Assembly (NCBI RefSeq): GCF_009734345.1
Contig: NZ_CP032551.1
Coordinates: 1,620,001 to 1,652,000, forward strand
Length of the DNA: 32,000 nucleotides
Direction of reading: 5' to 3'
Origin: Pseudidiomarina andamanensis
Lineage (GTDB): Bacteria; Pseudomonadota; Gammaproteobacteria; Enterobacterales; Alteromonadaceae
Positions 1 to 8,157 of this stretch are shown here, piece by piece; the first letter of the stretch is position 1, and each line of letters starts with the position of its first letter. The notes under the pieces were generated by a model that was given only the letters and a program-made list of their open reading frames with translations, searched no databases and was not told the origin of the DNA. Made by a program: the position numbers and the translations under genes.

Positions 1-664
1 GTAACATGACGGCAACCATTACCGCGGCTTGCACCGCATCAATCACATCTTGCGTTAGAGCGCCGAGTTCTTCGCCCTTAGCAATTTGTTCAATGCGCTT
101 TTTGTGGGTTTTCAGCTCTTCTTTACTAAAAACATCTTTGAGTAGGTAGGCACTTTTCGCGAGCGCCACCATCAGCGCTACGCGTGGGTCAATTTCTAAT
201 GGCTTATCCAGCACCAACCGGCGCATCTCGTGACGTAAATGACGTTCGGGTTCAGGGTTCACTTCGGGATAGATTTTCTGGGTAAAAATCCACAGCACTT
301 TCTTTTCATCGCTTTTGATAATGCCATCAGCCACCAATTGCTCAGCAACTTTGTGCTTCAATTTGGAAATGTTGGCGATGGACATAACCCAGTTTTTCAG
401 GGTATCCGGACGCTTCTTGTCTGCAATTTTCTGCAGCACTTCATCCATAACTTGGTCACCCGTTGGCGAAGCATCAAGCACCTCAATTTTGTCTTTATTG
501 TCAGCGTTCACCTGAATACGTTTGGCTAACAACAACTCAGCCAGCACGGCCGCCGCCACTGTGTACTCAATGTACCAACCTTCTGACGTACCCTTTTCGT
601 CGTGCAAGGACAGCAGCACAAGGCCTTCGTAGAGTTTTACTTGAAGTTCGTTAGTGTGATGCAT
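1..664 (-). CDS. GPP34/GOLPH3-family protein (N-terminal about 221 codons; gene continues past the left window edge)
   Basis: Absent from the ORF track because it runs off the window. My own minus-strand translation from ATG 664..662 gives MHHTNELQVKLYEGLVLLSLHDEKGTSEGWYIEYTVAAAVLAELLLAKRIQV...IDPRVALMVALAKSAYLLKDVF..., open to position 1. An AAGGTG SD-like sequence lies 4 nt upstream. The LL.L.DEKG start and helical repeats fit bacterial GPP34 proteins. The + strand ORFs 239..529, 315..515 and 463..654 are its shadows. Confidence 0.65.
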   Translation of the reverse strand, partial: MHHTNELQVKLYEGLVLLSLHDEKGTSEGWYIEYTVAAAVLAELLLAKRIQVNADNKDKIEVLDASPTGDQVMDEVLQKIADKKRPDTLKNWVMSIANISKLKHKVAEQLVADGIIKSDEKKVLWIFTQKIYPEVNPEPERHLRHEMRRLVLDKPLEIDPRVALMVALAKSAYLLKDVFSKEELKTHKKRIEQIAKGEELGALTQDVIDAVQAAVMVAVML

Positions 665-835
665 GCGTCACCTTTTTATTGATGTTGTTTTAACCATCAT
701 AGGGAGGTTGGTGCGAATGCTCAATTTTAGTGTGTAAGTTTTTGTATCAACGAGAGCGAAGTGAATGAATCACTATTATTCGGCTCACACAATGAGCCGA
801 AAACTGAAGTGAATCGGCTCATTGCTTCGTTCACG

Positions 836-1270
836 TTACATCCGATAACCATGATGGTTTGCTAGGTCAGCAAACACTTTGGTCAATCCTGACCAGAAAG
901 ATGAATGCGAGCTATTTTCAGTTTTTGGCTCAGTGACGCACTCTCGGCATAACACCACATCAGAATGACCAGGCACCCGCAAACGAACTGGTAATTCACA
1001 ATCGCGTGCGGCACTCATTCCGAATTGACGACTGAACAAACCGCCATTGCGTTCCAATGCTGAAAGTAAACGCTTACTTAATGGCAAACATGATGCTGGT
1101 CGGCTAGCAACATTCGCTACCGACGATGAGTAAACCGCTAAGCGCGAATCATCGGCTAATTCGAACTCAGCACAGGCTGCGCTTTGTGACACCAACGGCA
1201 AACGAAGTTGGTCTTGAATATAGTGGATGCTTTCAGATAACTGACGAACAATAAGTGAATAGGTTTTCAT
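836..1270 (-). CDS. hypothetical protein (144 aa from ATG 1270; the track ORF begins at an upstream GTG at 1279)
   Basis: ORF 836..1279. GGAG at 1282..1279 lies 8 nt before ATG 1270, which favours MKTYSLIVRQLSES... as the start. The gene is divergent from the LysR gene, so it may be its target. I recognise no family motif. Confidence 0.55.
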   Translation of the reverse strand: MKTYSLIVRQLSESIHYIQDQLRLPLVSQSAACAEFELADDSRLAVYSSSVANVASRPASCLPLSKRLLSALERNGGLFSRQFGMSAARDCELPVRLRVPGHSDVVLCRECVTEPKTENSSHSSFWSGLTKVFADLANHHGYRM

Positions 1271-1358
1271 GGCTGACACTCCAAAACGTTAGGTTGTATT
1301 CGATGTAAGGAGTATACTGTTTCCAAAATAAATGATTAGATAGCAGAAATTAAATTCG

Positions 1359-1378
1359 TTGTTTCTTTTAGGAAACAA
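1359..1378. promoter_or_regulatory. candidate LysR-type binding box, inverted repeat TTGTTTC-N6-GAAACAA
   Basis: Perfect 7-bp inverted arms (1359-1365 and 1372-1378) contain a T-N11-A type core. The site lies in the 121-bp divergent region between the 144-aa gene and the LysR gene, 22 nt before the LysR ATG. Confidence 0.35.
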
Positions 1379-1400
1379 TAGATAGTTAAAGGGACTTCTC

Positions 1401-2282
1401 ATGCTGAACCGCTTAGCCGATATGGCCATTTACGCCACCGTAGTTGAGCAACAATCGTTTACTGCCGCAGCTGAGCGCCTTGGCATTTCCAAAGGTGCTG
1501 TGAGTAAAGCGATTAAGAAACTTGAGCAGGAGCTGAATTTAAGACTCTTGCAACGCACCACACGAACCATGGCAGTGACTATTGAAGGCCGCGCGTTTTA
1601 CGAATACTGCCGTGAAATGATGAGCCAGGTTGAAGCCGCCGAGCAGCACTTGGGAAGCTTCCGCAATACACCAAGCGGCTTAATTCGCATCACCGCGCCG
1701 GTAACCTTTGGCAGTGTACAAATCGCCCCATTAATTCCTGAGCTCCTTCAGCAATACCCTGATATCAACATCGACCTATTGCTTGACGACAAACGCGTCG
1801 ATCTCGTCACACAACAGGTGGATATTGCGATTCGCTGTGGTCGACTGGAGAGCTCTTCGTTGATTGCCAAGCGTTTAAATGACTTACCGTTGGTGGTGGT
1901 CGCTACGCCAGAATTTTTAGAAAAGCATGGCGCGCCAGCACACCCGCAAGAACTAACAAACTTTCCCTGTTTGAGTCACAGCTCGCATGTGGTGGATAGG
2001 CGCTGGACGTTCCTCGAGAACAATCAAGAAATAACCGTGCGCGTGAAGGGGCCGATGAACGCCAACAACAACGCAGCGCTGAAGCAAGGATTGTTGGCAT
2101 CACTCGGCATTGCGTATTTACCTCGGTATCAGGTGACTGAGCAGCTCGCCAACGGGCAGTTGGTGCCACTATTGGAAGACTATTTACCGACACCAACGCC
2201 GGTGCATGCGGTTTATCGCCATCGGCAGCATTTGAGTGCGGCCATGCGTGCTACGCTTGATTTTTTGACCGCAAGGCTTTGA
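1401..2282 (+). CDS. LysR-family transcriptional regulator
   Basis: 293 aa. N-terminal wHTH FTAAAERLGISKGAVSKAIKKLEQELNLRLLQRTTR, followed by a LysR substrate-binding-type C-terminal part. Backbone G+C. Confidence 0.9.
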   Translation: MLNRLADMAIYATVVEQQSFTAAAERLGISKGAVSKAIKKLEQELNLRLLQRTTRTMAVTIEGRAFYEYCREMMSQVEAAEQHLGSFRNTPSGLIRITAPVTFGSVQIAPLIPELLQQYPDINIDLLLDDKRVDLVTQQVDIAIRCGRLESSSLIAKRLNDLPLVVVATPEFLEKHGAPAHPQELTNFPCLSHSSHVVDRRWTFLENNQEITVRVKGPMNANNNAALKQGLLASLGIAYLPRYQVTEQLANGQLVPLLEDYLPTPTPVHAVYRHRQHLSAAMRATLDFLTARL

Positions 2283-2510
2283 TGCCCTTCATTTTGACTG
2301 AAGGAAATTATTCACTCCTACACAGTGAGAAATTATACAGTTTTTACATGGGAAATGCTCTTTTTCACTGTAGTCTAGAAATTTACATGACTACAAGACA
2401 GAGTTTAAGCTAGCTACACAAATAATAGTAAATACTTCTGATCATAGTTCGTAATATTCTATAGTAATGGGCACAATAAAATAACTACTCCACCAAAATG
2501 GATTTTAAAT

Positions 2511-2576
2511 TTTCACGTAAATTTTTATTTTTTTGTTTACAAACGGAATTTGTTACGTAAAATTTTAACGTAAACT
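2511..2576 (+). promoter_or_regulatory. candidate dnd promoter (TTTACA 2536-2541, N16, TAAAAT 2558-2563) overlapped by three ACGTAAA repeats; possible DndB operator
   Basis: ACGTAAA occurs at 2515-2521, 2555-2561 and 2568-2574. The last two form the near-palindrome TACG-N11-CGTA (2554-2572), which sits over the -10 element immediately upstream of dndB. Confidence 0.35.
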
Positions 2577-2581
2577 TACAG

Positions 2582-3676
2582 ATGGATTTGAAAATGAACC
2601 AGATTGATAACGATTTTTGCTACTCTTTTCCAGCCGTGAGGGGTGTGCAAGCTGGCCGCCCGTTTTATATCGCGACTTGTCCACTTAGAATAATCCCCAA
2701 AATTTTCATCTACGATGAAGAAGAAGTGCCACCAGAATTACGGGCACAACGGACTTTAAATAAAACTAGAATTCCGGAGATGTGTCGATACTTGGTTGAT
2801 AATCCAGATGATTATGTTTTTTCAGCTTTGACGGCCTCAGTAGGAAACGAAGTAACATTCATAGAACATGAAAACGCCCCCAATATGGGCATGCTGCGGG
2901 TATCAATGAATGCTAGTATTTTAATAAATGATGGGCAGCATCGCAGAGCCGCTATCGAGGAAGCTATCAAGCTTCGTCCAGAGCTCGGTCAAGACAATAT
3001 AGCTATTGTTTTTTATATAGATGAAGGCTTGCGAAGAAGTCAGCAAATGTTTGCTGATCTAAACCAGCATGCGATCCGACCATCCACTTCGTTGTCTACT
3101 CTATATGATATGCGTGATCCTGGGGCGCGTATCGCAAAGTATCTTGCAAATAATGCAACTCCATTCGTCGGTTTTACCGAGATGGAAAAAAGCAGTATAC
3201 CGGTTAAAAGCAATAAGATTTTTGCATTGAGCGCTATAAAGCATGCGACACGAGCTCTCCTTCAAAAAGGCCCAAAGGACGAGATCAGTGAAGAGGAAAA
3301 AGCTATGGCTTTGCAGTTTTGGAACGAGATTAATGAAAACATGCCTGAGTGGAAATTAGTACAAGAGAAGAAACTGTCGGTTAGCGAGTTTAGACAAGAA
3401 TATTTAACAGCACACGGTATTGCGCTGCAAGCACTCGCAAATGTAGGTAGCCAGCTTATTCCCTTAGCTGAAAAGGAACGAAAAGCTATATTGACCAAAC
3501 TTCAAAGTATCGACTGGCGACGCTCTAACTATGAATGGATAAAGCGAGCAATGATGCATGGAAAGTTATCCAAAGCCAGTTCCAACATATTCTTGACGTC
3601 ACTGGAGATTAAGCGGCAATTGGGGCTTCAGATTACTGAAGATGAGATCACTAAAGAAACTGAGTTGTTAAAATGA
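2582..3676 (+). CDS. dndB: DndB, DGQHR-domain DNA phosphorothioation regulator
   Basis: 364 aa. Contains LINDGQHRRAAIEEA (DGQHR motif) and QQMFADLNQ, both characteristic of DndB/DGQHR proteins. Its stop overlaps the dndC start (ATGA at 3673-3676). An alternative start at ATG 2594 (MNQIDN...) has a slightly better GGA spacing. Confidence 0.9.
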   Translation: MDLKMNQIDNDFCYSFPAVRGVQAGRPFYIATCPLRIIPKIFIYDEEEVPPELRAQRTLNKTRIPEMCRYLVDNPDDYVFSALTASVGNEVTFIEHENAPNMGMLRVSMNASILINDGQHRRAAIEEAIKLRPELGQDNIAIVFYIDEGLRRSQQMFADLNQHAIRPSTSLSTLYDMRDPGARIAKYLANNATPFVGFTEMEKSSIPVKSNKIFALSAIKHATRALLQKGPKDEISEEEKAMALQFWNEINENMPEWKLVQEKKLSVSEFRQEYLTAHGIALQALANVGSQLIPLAEKERKAILTKLQSIDWRRSNYEWIKRAMMHGKLSKASSNIFLTSLEIKRQLGLQITEDEITKETELLK

Positions 3677-5301
3677 TGACGAATTTTAGTCAATTTGATT
3701 TAGATGAGTACATCGAATTTATCGAGCAAGAAAAATTTGCCGACAAATTGCTGTCGGAACATATCGCAAATGTACAAAGAGTTTACTTACAAGATAAACG
3801 TCCTTGGGTAATTGGATATAGTGGCGGAAAAGATTCTTCTGCGGTAATGGTAATCGTTTATCTAGCTTTACTGGGATTGGAGCCACAACAAAGACATAAA
3901 CACGTATTTGTTGTGGCGTCGGACACATTGGTAGAGACACCTATAGTCGTAAATCACGTAAATAACTCTCTTGATGCTATTCAAAAGGGGGCCCAGCGGG
4001 ACAAATTGCCAATTACGTCCCACAAAGTAGTGCCGAAAACCAATGAAACTTTTTGGGCGAACCTTCTTGGTAAGGGATATCCAGCTCCAACTCGCCAGTT
4101 CCGTTGGTGTACAGAGCGAATGAAAATTGACCCAGTCAGTTCTTTCATAACTGATAAGGTTAGTCAATTTGATGAAGTGATTGTCGTGCTAGGCTCTCGC
4201 TCACAGGAGAGCGCTTCGCGAGCTCAAGTCATAGCTAAGCACAAAATATCTGGTTCAGATTTGGCTAAACACACAACGCTTTCGAATGCTTTTATTTACA
4301 CTCCTATCGACACATGGGGCGTTGATGATGTTTGGAAAATCTTACGTCTCTGCCATTTAGAAACACAAGAGACACCTTACGGAACGAAGAATAAATGGCA
4401 TGACAAGTATGATCTTGAGTGGGAAAACCCGTGGGGTGGGAAGAATCTAATTTTATGGAATCTTTATAAGGACTCCTCGGGACAGGGTGAATGTCCCATG
4501 GTTATTGACGAAACCACTCCCTCATGCGGCAACTCTCGTTTTGGGTGCTGGACTTGCACAGTAGTTACAAAAGACAGAGCTATGGAGAGTCTCGTTCAGA
4601 ATGGCGAAGACTGGATGCTGCCATTGCTAAAATTTAGAAATATTTTATCTCGCAGCACATCACCGAAACTTAAGAAAAAATATCGAAGTCATATAAGACG
4701 TGATGGTCGATTAGCATTCAAAACTCTGCGAGAAGATGGTGATAAAATTTTAACTAATGACTACACAACTGGTCCCTACTTGTTGAAGTACCGGAAGTTG
4801 GCTTTAAAGATTCTTCTTCGGATGCAAAAAAAATTAGCGCTTGTGCAAAAAGACTTGGAACTGATCACAGTACCAGAGCTGCACGCTATTCGGCATGAGT
4901 GGTTAAATGATCCTAACGACCCGGACTGGAACGATGAGTTACCTAAAATTTTTAAAGAAGTATTTGGATATGATCTTGATTGGTCAGTAGATGATACAAA
5001 CCAGTTTACACATCAGGAGTCAGCTCTTCTCGACGAAGTTGCTCCAAATTTTAATGTCTCACCGCAGATGCTGAAAAAATTAATCGATCTAGAAATATCC
5101 ATGAGCGGTTTAACTCGAAGAGTCGGGATTTTTAATAAAATCGGTCGTCTTATTCAACAGGATTGGGGATCCGCCGAGTCTATTATTCTGGAGCACAAAG
5201 ACAATCGTCAGCGTCAGATTAATCAATCTCGGGAAGTTGAACTCCTAACAGAAGAACTAAATATGCTAAACGCTTCAATAGAGAAAGAGACAAAAATATG
5301 A
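3673..5301 (+). CDS. dndC: DndC, PAPS-reductase/PP-loop family sulfurtransferase for DNA phosphorothioation
   Basis: 542 aa. PP-loop GYSGGKDSS, FRWCTERMKI, and a Cys cluster CGNSRFGCWTCT typical of DndC. ATGA overlaps with dndB (3673-3676) and dndD (5298-5301). Confidence 0.93.
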   Translation: MMTNFSQFDLDEYIEFIEQEKFADKLLSEHIANVQRVYLQDKRPWVIGYSGGKDSSAVMVIVYLALLGLEPQQRHKHVFVVASDTLVETPIVVNHVNNSLDAIQKGAQRDKLPITSHKVVPKTNETFWANLLGKGYPAPTRQFRWCTERMKIDPVSSFITDKVSQFDEVIVVLGSRSQESASRAQVIAKHKISGSDLAKHTTLSNAFIYTPIDTWGVDDVWKILRLCHLETQETPYGTKNKWHDKYDLEWENPWGGKNLILWNLYKDSSGQGECPMVIDETTPSCGNSRFGCWTCTVVTKDRAMESLVQNGEDWMLPLLKFRNILSRSTSPKLKKKYRSHIRRDGRLAFKTLREDGDKILTNDYTTGPYLLKYRKLALKILLRMQKKLALVQKDLELITVPELHAIRHEWLNDPNDPDWNDELPKIFKEVFGYDLDWSVDDTNQFTHQESALLDEVAPNFNVSPQMLKKLIDLEISMSGLTRRVGIFNKIGRLIQQDWGSAESIILEHKDNRQRQINQSREVELLTEELNMLNASIEKETKI

Positions 5302-7289
5302 TTTTCAAAACTCTAACATTAAACAATTTTAGGGTTTTTAAGGGGTTACATGACATTGATTTGGCTCCTAAAAAACATGGACTTGTCGGTAAGCCAATAG
5401 TTTTATTTGGTGGATTGAATGGCGCTGGGAAAACGAGCATTTTAACAGCCATTCGACTTATTCTAATGGGACGAAAAGCGTTAGGTACCGCAATTAGCCA
5501 GAAAGAGTACATCAAATTTTTAATCGAACAAATAAACAAAGAAGCTTTAAGTTCGCAGAAAAACGCTAGAGCATCGATTGAGTTAGAGTTCACGCATACT
5601 CACAAAGGAAAGCATAATACTTTTGTAGTGAATAGAGGATGGAACTCAGAAGGAACCGAGTCTCTGAAACTAAAGCTAAATGACGAAATTTTAGACACTC
5701 TAAACATCGAACAAACTCAGGCAATACTCTCAGATCTAGTTCCAACGGGTATTGGGGATCTCTTCTTTTTTGATGGAGAAAAAATTGCAGAGCTTGCGGA
5801 AGATGACACTGGTCACTACTTAAAGGACGCAGTGCAAAAGTTACTCGGTATTGATGTGGTAAATCGCTTGAGAGAAGATTTGGAAATCTACCTTAAACAG
5901 GTAACAAAGGACTCATCGGATAATGAGTCAGTTAAGCAAATAACAGCTCTAGAGGCAGAAAAAGATCTGCTATACCAATTAGCGACGCGTTCCCGCCAAA
6001 AAGCTGAAGAAATTCGTCCACAGTTGTTCGAACTGCGAAAGTTGGCTTCTCACCTTGAAAATAAATTGCAAGAACGGGGCGGCGCCTGGGCCAAAACAAA
6101 AAAAGACGAAAAGGCACGAGCAGATCAATTAATTAGAGATGAACATCAAATAAGTGGCGTCATATTAAATGAGCTCGATGATTACTTCCCATTAGCTTTA
6201 GCACCAAACGCAGTTAAGTCGCTTTTCGAACAATTACACAAAGAAAAATCCAAGAAGCAGGAGAACGGCTTTTTGGAGCAATTGACCAAGTTAGTACCTA
6301 AGTTGTCTCGGGTCCTTGCCAAAGAAATCAACGCTGACGCTGCCAACTTAGAGAAATTAATTCTGGACCATGCAGAGTTATTAAGTTCAAGCCGCCAAGA
6401 TGGGAGCGTTGTTCTCGACATTTCTGACACAGATTTTTATCGTTTACTTAATGGAAATGAAGCATCTCTTAACTCGAAGGCCAAATTAGTCGAAAGCCTA
6501 AGAAAGCTAGAGTTTTCCCAGTCGGAATTAGCATCGCTGTCGACCAACATTTCTCGTGCCCCAGACGAAGAAGAATTGGGAGAGATATTTGCTGAATTAC
6601 GGGAATTAGATAAGAAGATTATTGAAAAACGAGATAATTATCTTGCTCATTTGAAAGAGGCGCAATCTCGAATGATGAAGACGCTCGAGCTTTCTCGACG
6701 TCTTGAAAAATTAATAAGTCAGCAAAAAAATCAAGTAACGATAGTTAAAGCTATTAAGCGCGTAAGCTCTGCACAATCTGCATTAACACAGTTCGCCCGA
6801 CGACTAACAAAGTTACGTGTTAGTCAATTGGAAGAATTATTCGTAATATCTTATCGAAAGCTTGCTAGAAAGGATGAATTGAAGTTAGCAGCAAAAATTA
6901 ACCCTGAAAATTTTGACGTTTCACTCATTGATCAGGATGGTACTGAAATTAATAGAAAATCTCTTTCTGCTGGGGAGAAACAAATTTTCGCATTCGCAAT
7001 TCTCGAGGCTTTAGGAAAATTATCAGGAAAGGTATTACCTCTTGTAGTTGATACCCCGCTTGGACGTTTAGATTCCAAACACCGAGATAAGCTTATAACT
7101 CGTTATTTCCCAGAAGCAAGTGATCAGGTCATTTTGCTGTCTACTGATACGGAAGTCGATAAAGGTTTTTATTCAATGCTTGAAGAGTATGTTTCTCATT
7201 CGTATGAAATTAAATTCGATGGTAAATTGCGAAATTCAAGAATATTTGAAGGATACTTCTGGAAAGATAATTACATGGAGGTCGTGTAA
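5298..7289 (+). CDS. dndD: DndD, SMC/ABC-like ATPase of the phosphorothioation complex
   Basis: 663 aa. Walker A GGLNGAGKTS, a long charged coiled-coil middle, signature-like LSAGEKQIFAFAILEAL, and Walker B/D-loop PLVVDTPLGRLD. Confidence 0.9.
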   Translation: MIFKTLTLNNFRVFKGLHDIDLAPKKHGLVGKPIVLFGGLNGAGKTSILTAIRLILMGRKALGTAISQKEYIKFLIEQINKEALSSQKNARASIELEFTHTHKGKHNTFVVNRGWNSEGTESLKLKLNDEILDTLNIEQTQAILSDLVPTGIGDLFFFDGEKIAELAEDDTGHYLKDAVQKLLGIDVVNRLREDLEIYLKQVTKDSSDNESVKQITALEAEKDLLYQLATRSRQKAEEIRPQLFELRKLASHLENKLQERGGAWAKTKKDEKARADQLIRDEHQISGVILNELDDYFPLALAPNAVKSLFEQLHKEKSKKQENGFLEQLTKLVPKLSRVLAKEINADAANLEKLILDHAELLSSSRQDGSVVLDISDTDFYRLLNGNEASLNSKAKLVESLRKLEFSQSELASLSTNISRAPDEEELGEIFAELRELDKKIIEKRDNYLAHLKEAQSRMMKTLELSRRLEKLISQQKNQVTIVKAIKRVSSAQSALTQFARRLTKLRVSQLEELFVISYRKLARKDELKLAAKINPENFDVSLIDQDGTEINRKSLSAGEKQIFAFAILEALGKLSGKVLPLVVDTPLGRLDSKHRDKLITRYFPEASDQVILLSTDTEVDKGFYSMLEEYVSHSYEIKFDGKLRNSRIFEGYFWKDNYMEVV

Positions 7290-7645
7290 TGTTACCCAAC
7301 AGAATGCAGTTATCGAAGGTGGTCGAAGAACAGTTAAAAAGACTAAAATCGCAAACTGGTATAACTCCGAATATATCGGCACGTATTGCCTTTTTTAAGT
7401 CAATTGAAAGTGGATATAGGTTTGATCCTAGCATCAGTTACAAACTAGATGGTACGTTGACTTTAGATAAGGTCACCTGGTTAGGAAAAACTCAGCAAAT
7501 CACTGAACTGCTACTACGATTAAACTACCAAGAGTTAGATGAAAAGCATTTGCAAGTAGCTTGGGCTGCTCATGTAGAACATGGAATTTCCTCGCTGAGA
7601 AATCAAAAGACGTTAGCTGATTTTTGTCAAAGTATACTTCTATGA
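7289..7645 (+). CDS. dndE: DndE, small DNA-binding phosphorothioation protein
   Basis: 118 aa. Its start shares one base with the dndD stop (TAATG). N-terminus LSKVVEEQLKRLKSQTGITPNISARIAFFKSIE. Size and position (last gene after dndD) are as in characterised dnd loci. Confidence 0.8.
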   Translation: MLPNRMQLSKVVEEQLKRLKSQTGITPNISARIAFFKSIESGYRFDPSISYKLDGTLTLDKVTWLGKTQQITELLLRLNYQELDEKHLQVAWAAHVEHGISSLRNQKTLADFCQSILL

Positions 7646-7665
7646 TGGAGTTCTTTAGTTCTAAC

Positions 7666-7707
7666 AATGCCGAGCTAGAAAATTCGCTCGGCATTATTAT
7701 TTTATTT
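7666..7707 (+). terminator. rho-independent terminator after dndE, shared by the convergent operon
   Basis: Perfect 10-bp stem AATGCCGAGC (7666-7675) / GCTCGGCATT (7686-7695) with a 10-nt loop, followed by ATTATTTTATTT. It is the only structure in the 56 nt between the two converging stop codons (7645 and 7702). There is no T-run on the minus-strand side. Confidence 0.6.
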
Positions 7708-8157
7708 AGCCCAACTGAAAGGGTTTAGGTTTGTATCATTATTCAGCTCGTCATTTAATTCCGAATTTATCAATAGCTCAATCGACTGAAGTGCATTCGT
7801 ACCATCTTTGATATATTCAGAAATGACTGACAGTCCACCATTGGCATATTCTTCAAAAATAAGAATAGCATTGGAGAAATGTTCTTTCTTCAATATGTTT
7901 GTATCCTTAGTTTCAGCTAGCGCTAGACAATGAATGAAAGGAATATCAATATTTTCATCGAATATTCTTAACATTATACGTTCACCACTTTTATCGAAAG
8001 GTAAGCGTATTTGCTTTTTATAGCCTAATGAAGCTGCAAAAACTAAGATATTCTTGAAAGAAGAAAAAATATTTTCATCTTTCAATATAGTTAATAGTTT
8101 ACTATGCTCTTCTGGGCGACGAACTCTAATATCTTCTCTTTTCTCGTTATTAGGCAT
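7702..8157 (-). CDS. 151-aa protein, last gene of the dnd-linked operon (possibly the small dnd-associated / PbeA-like protein)
   Basis: Its ATG 8157 overlaps the upstream ATPase stop by 8 nt (AAATGCCTAA). Sequence ...NILVFAASLGYKKQIRLPF...FIHCLALAETKD...LIFEEYANGGLSVI.... No catalytic motif recognised. The family assignment is from memory of dnd-neighbourhood annotations and is unverified. Confidence 0.7.
   Translation of the reverse strand: MPNNEKREDIRVRRPEEHSKLLTILKDENIFSSFKNILVFAASLGYKKQIRLPFDKSGERIMLRIFDENIDIPFIHCLALAETKDTNILKKEHFSNAILIFEEYANGGLSVISEYIKDGTNALQSIELLINSELNDELNNDTNLNPFSWAK

Noticed and set aside
239-654. Three + strand ORFs (239..529, 315..515, 463..654) in the ORF track
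   Set aside because: They lie antisense to or within a long open minus-strand frame (1..664) that encodes a coherent GPP34-like protein. Their translations are low-complexity and look like shadow ORFs.
2286-2304. Hairpin CCTTCA-TTTTGAC-TGAAGG right after the LysR stop, as a terminator
   Set aside because: The stem is only 6 bp and is followed by AAATTATTC rather than a T-run. That is too weak to call, and it may just be part of the island border.
2480-2489. A shared 10-mer AATAACTACT at 2480-2489 and 13293-13302, near the two island borders, as possible att-like direct repeats
   Set aside because: A single 10-nt match between two AT-rich regions of 250-300 bp is within chance expectation. 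It is not at the exact composition switch points, and no recombinase is present.
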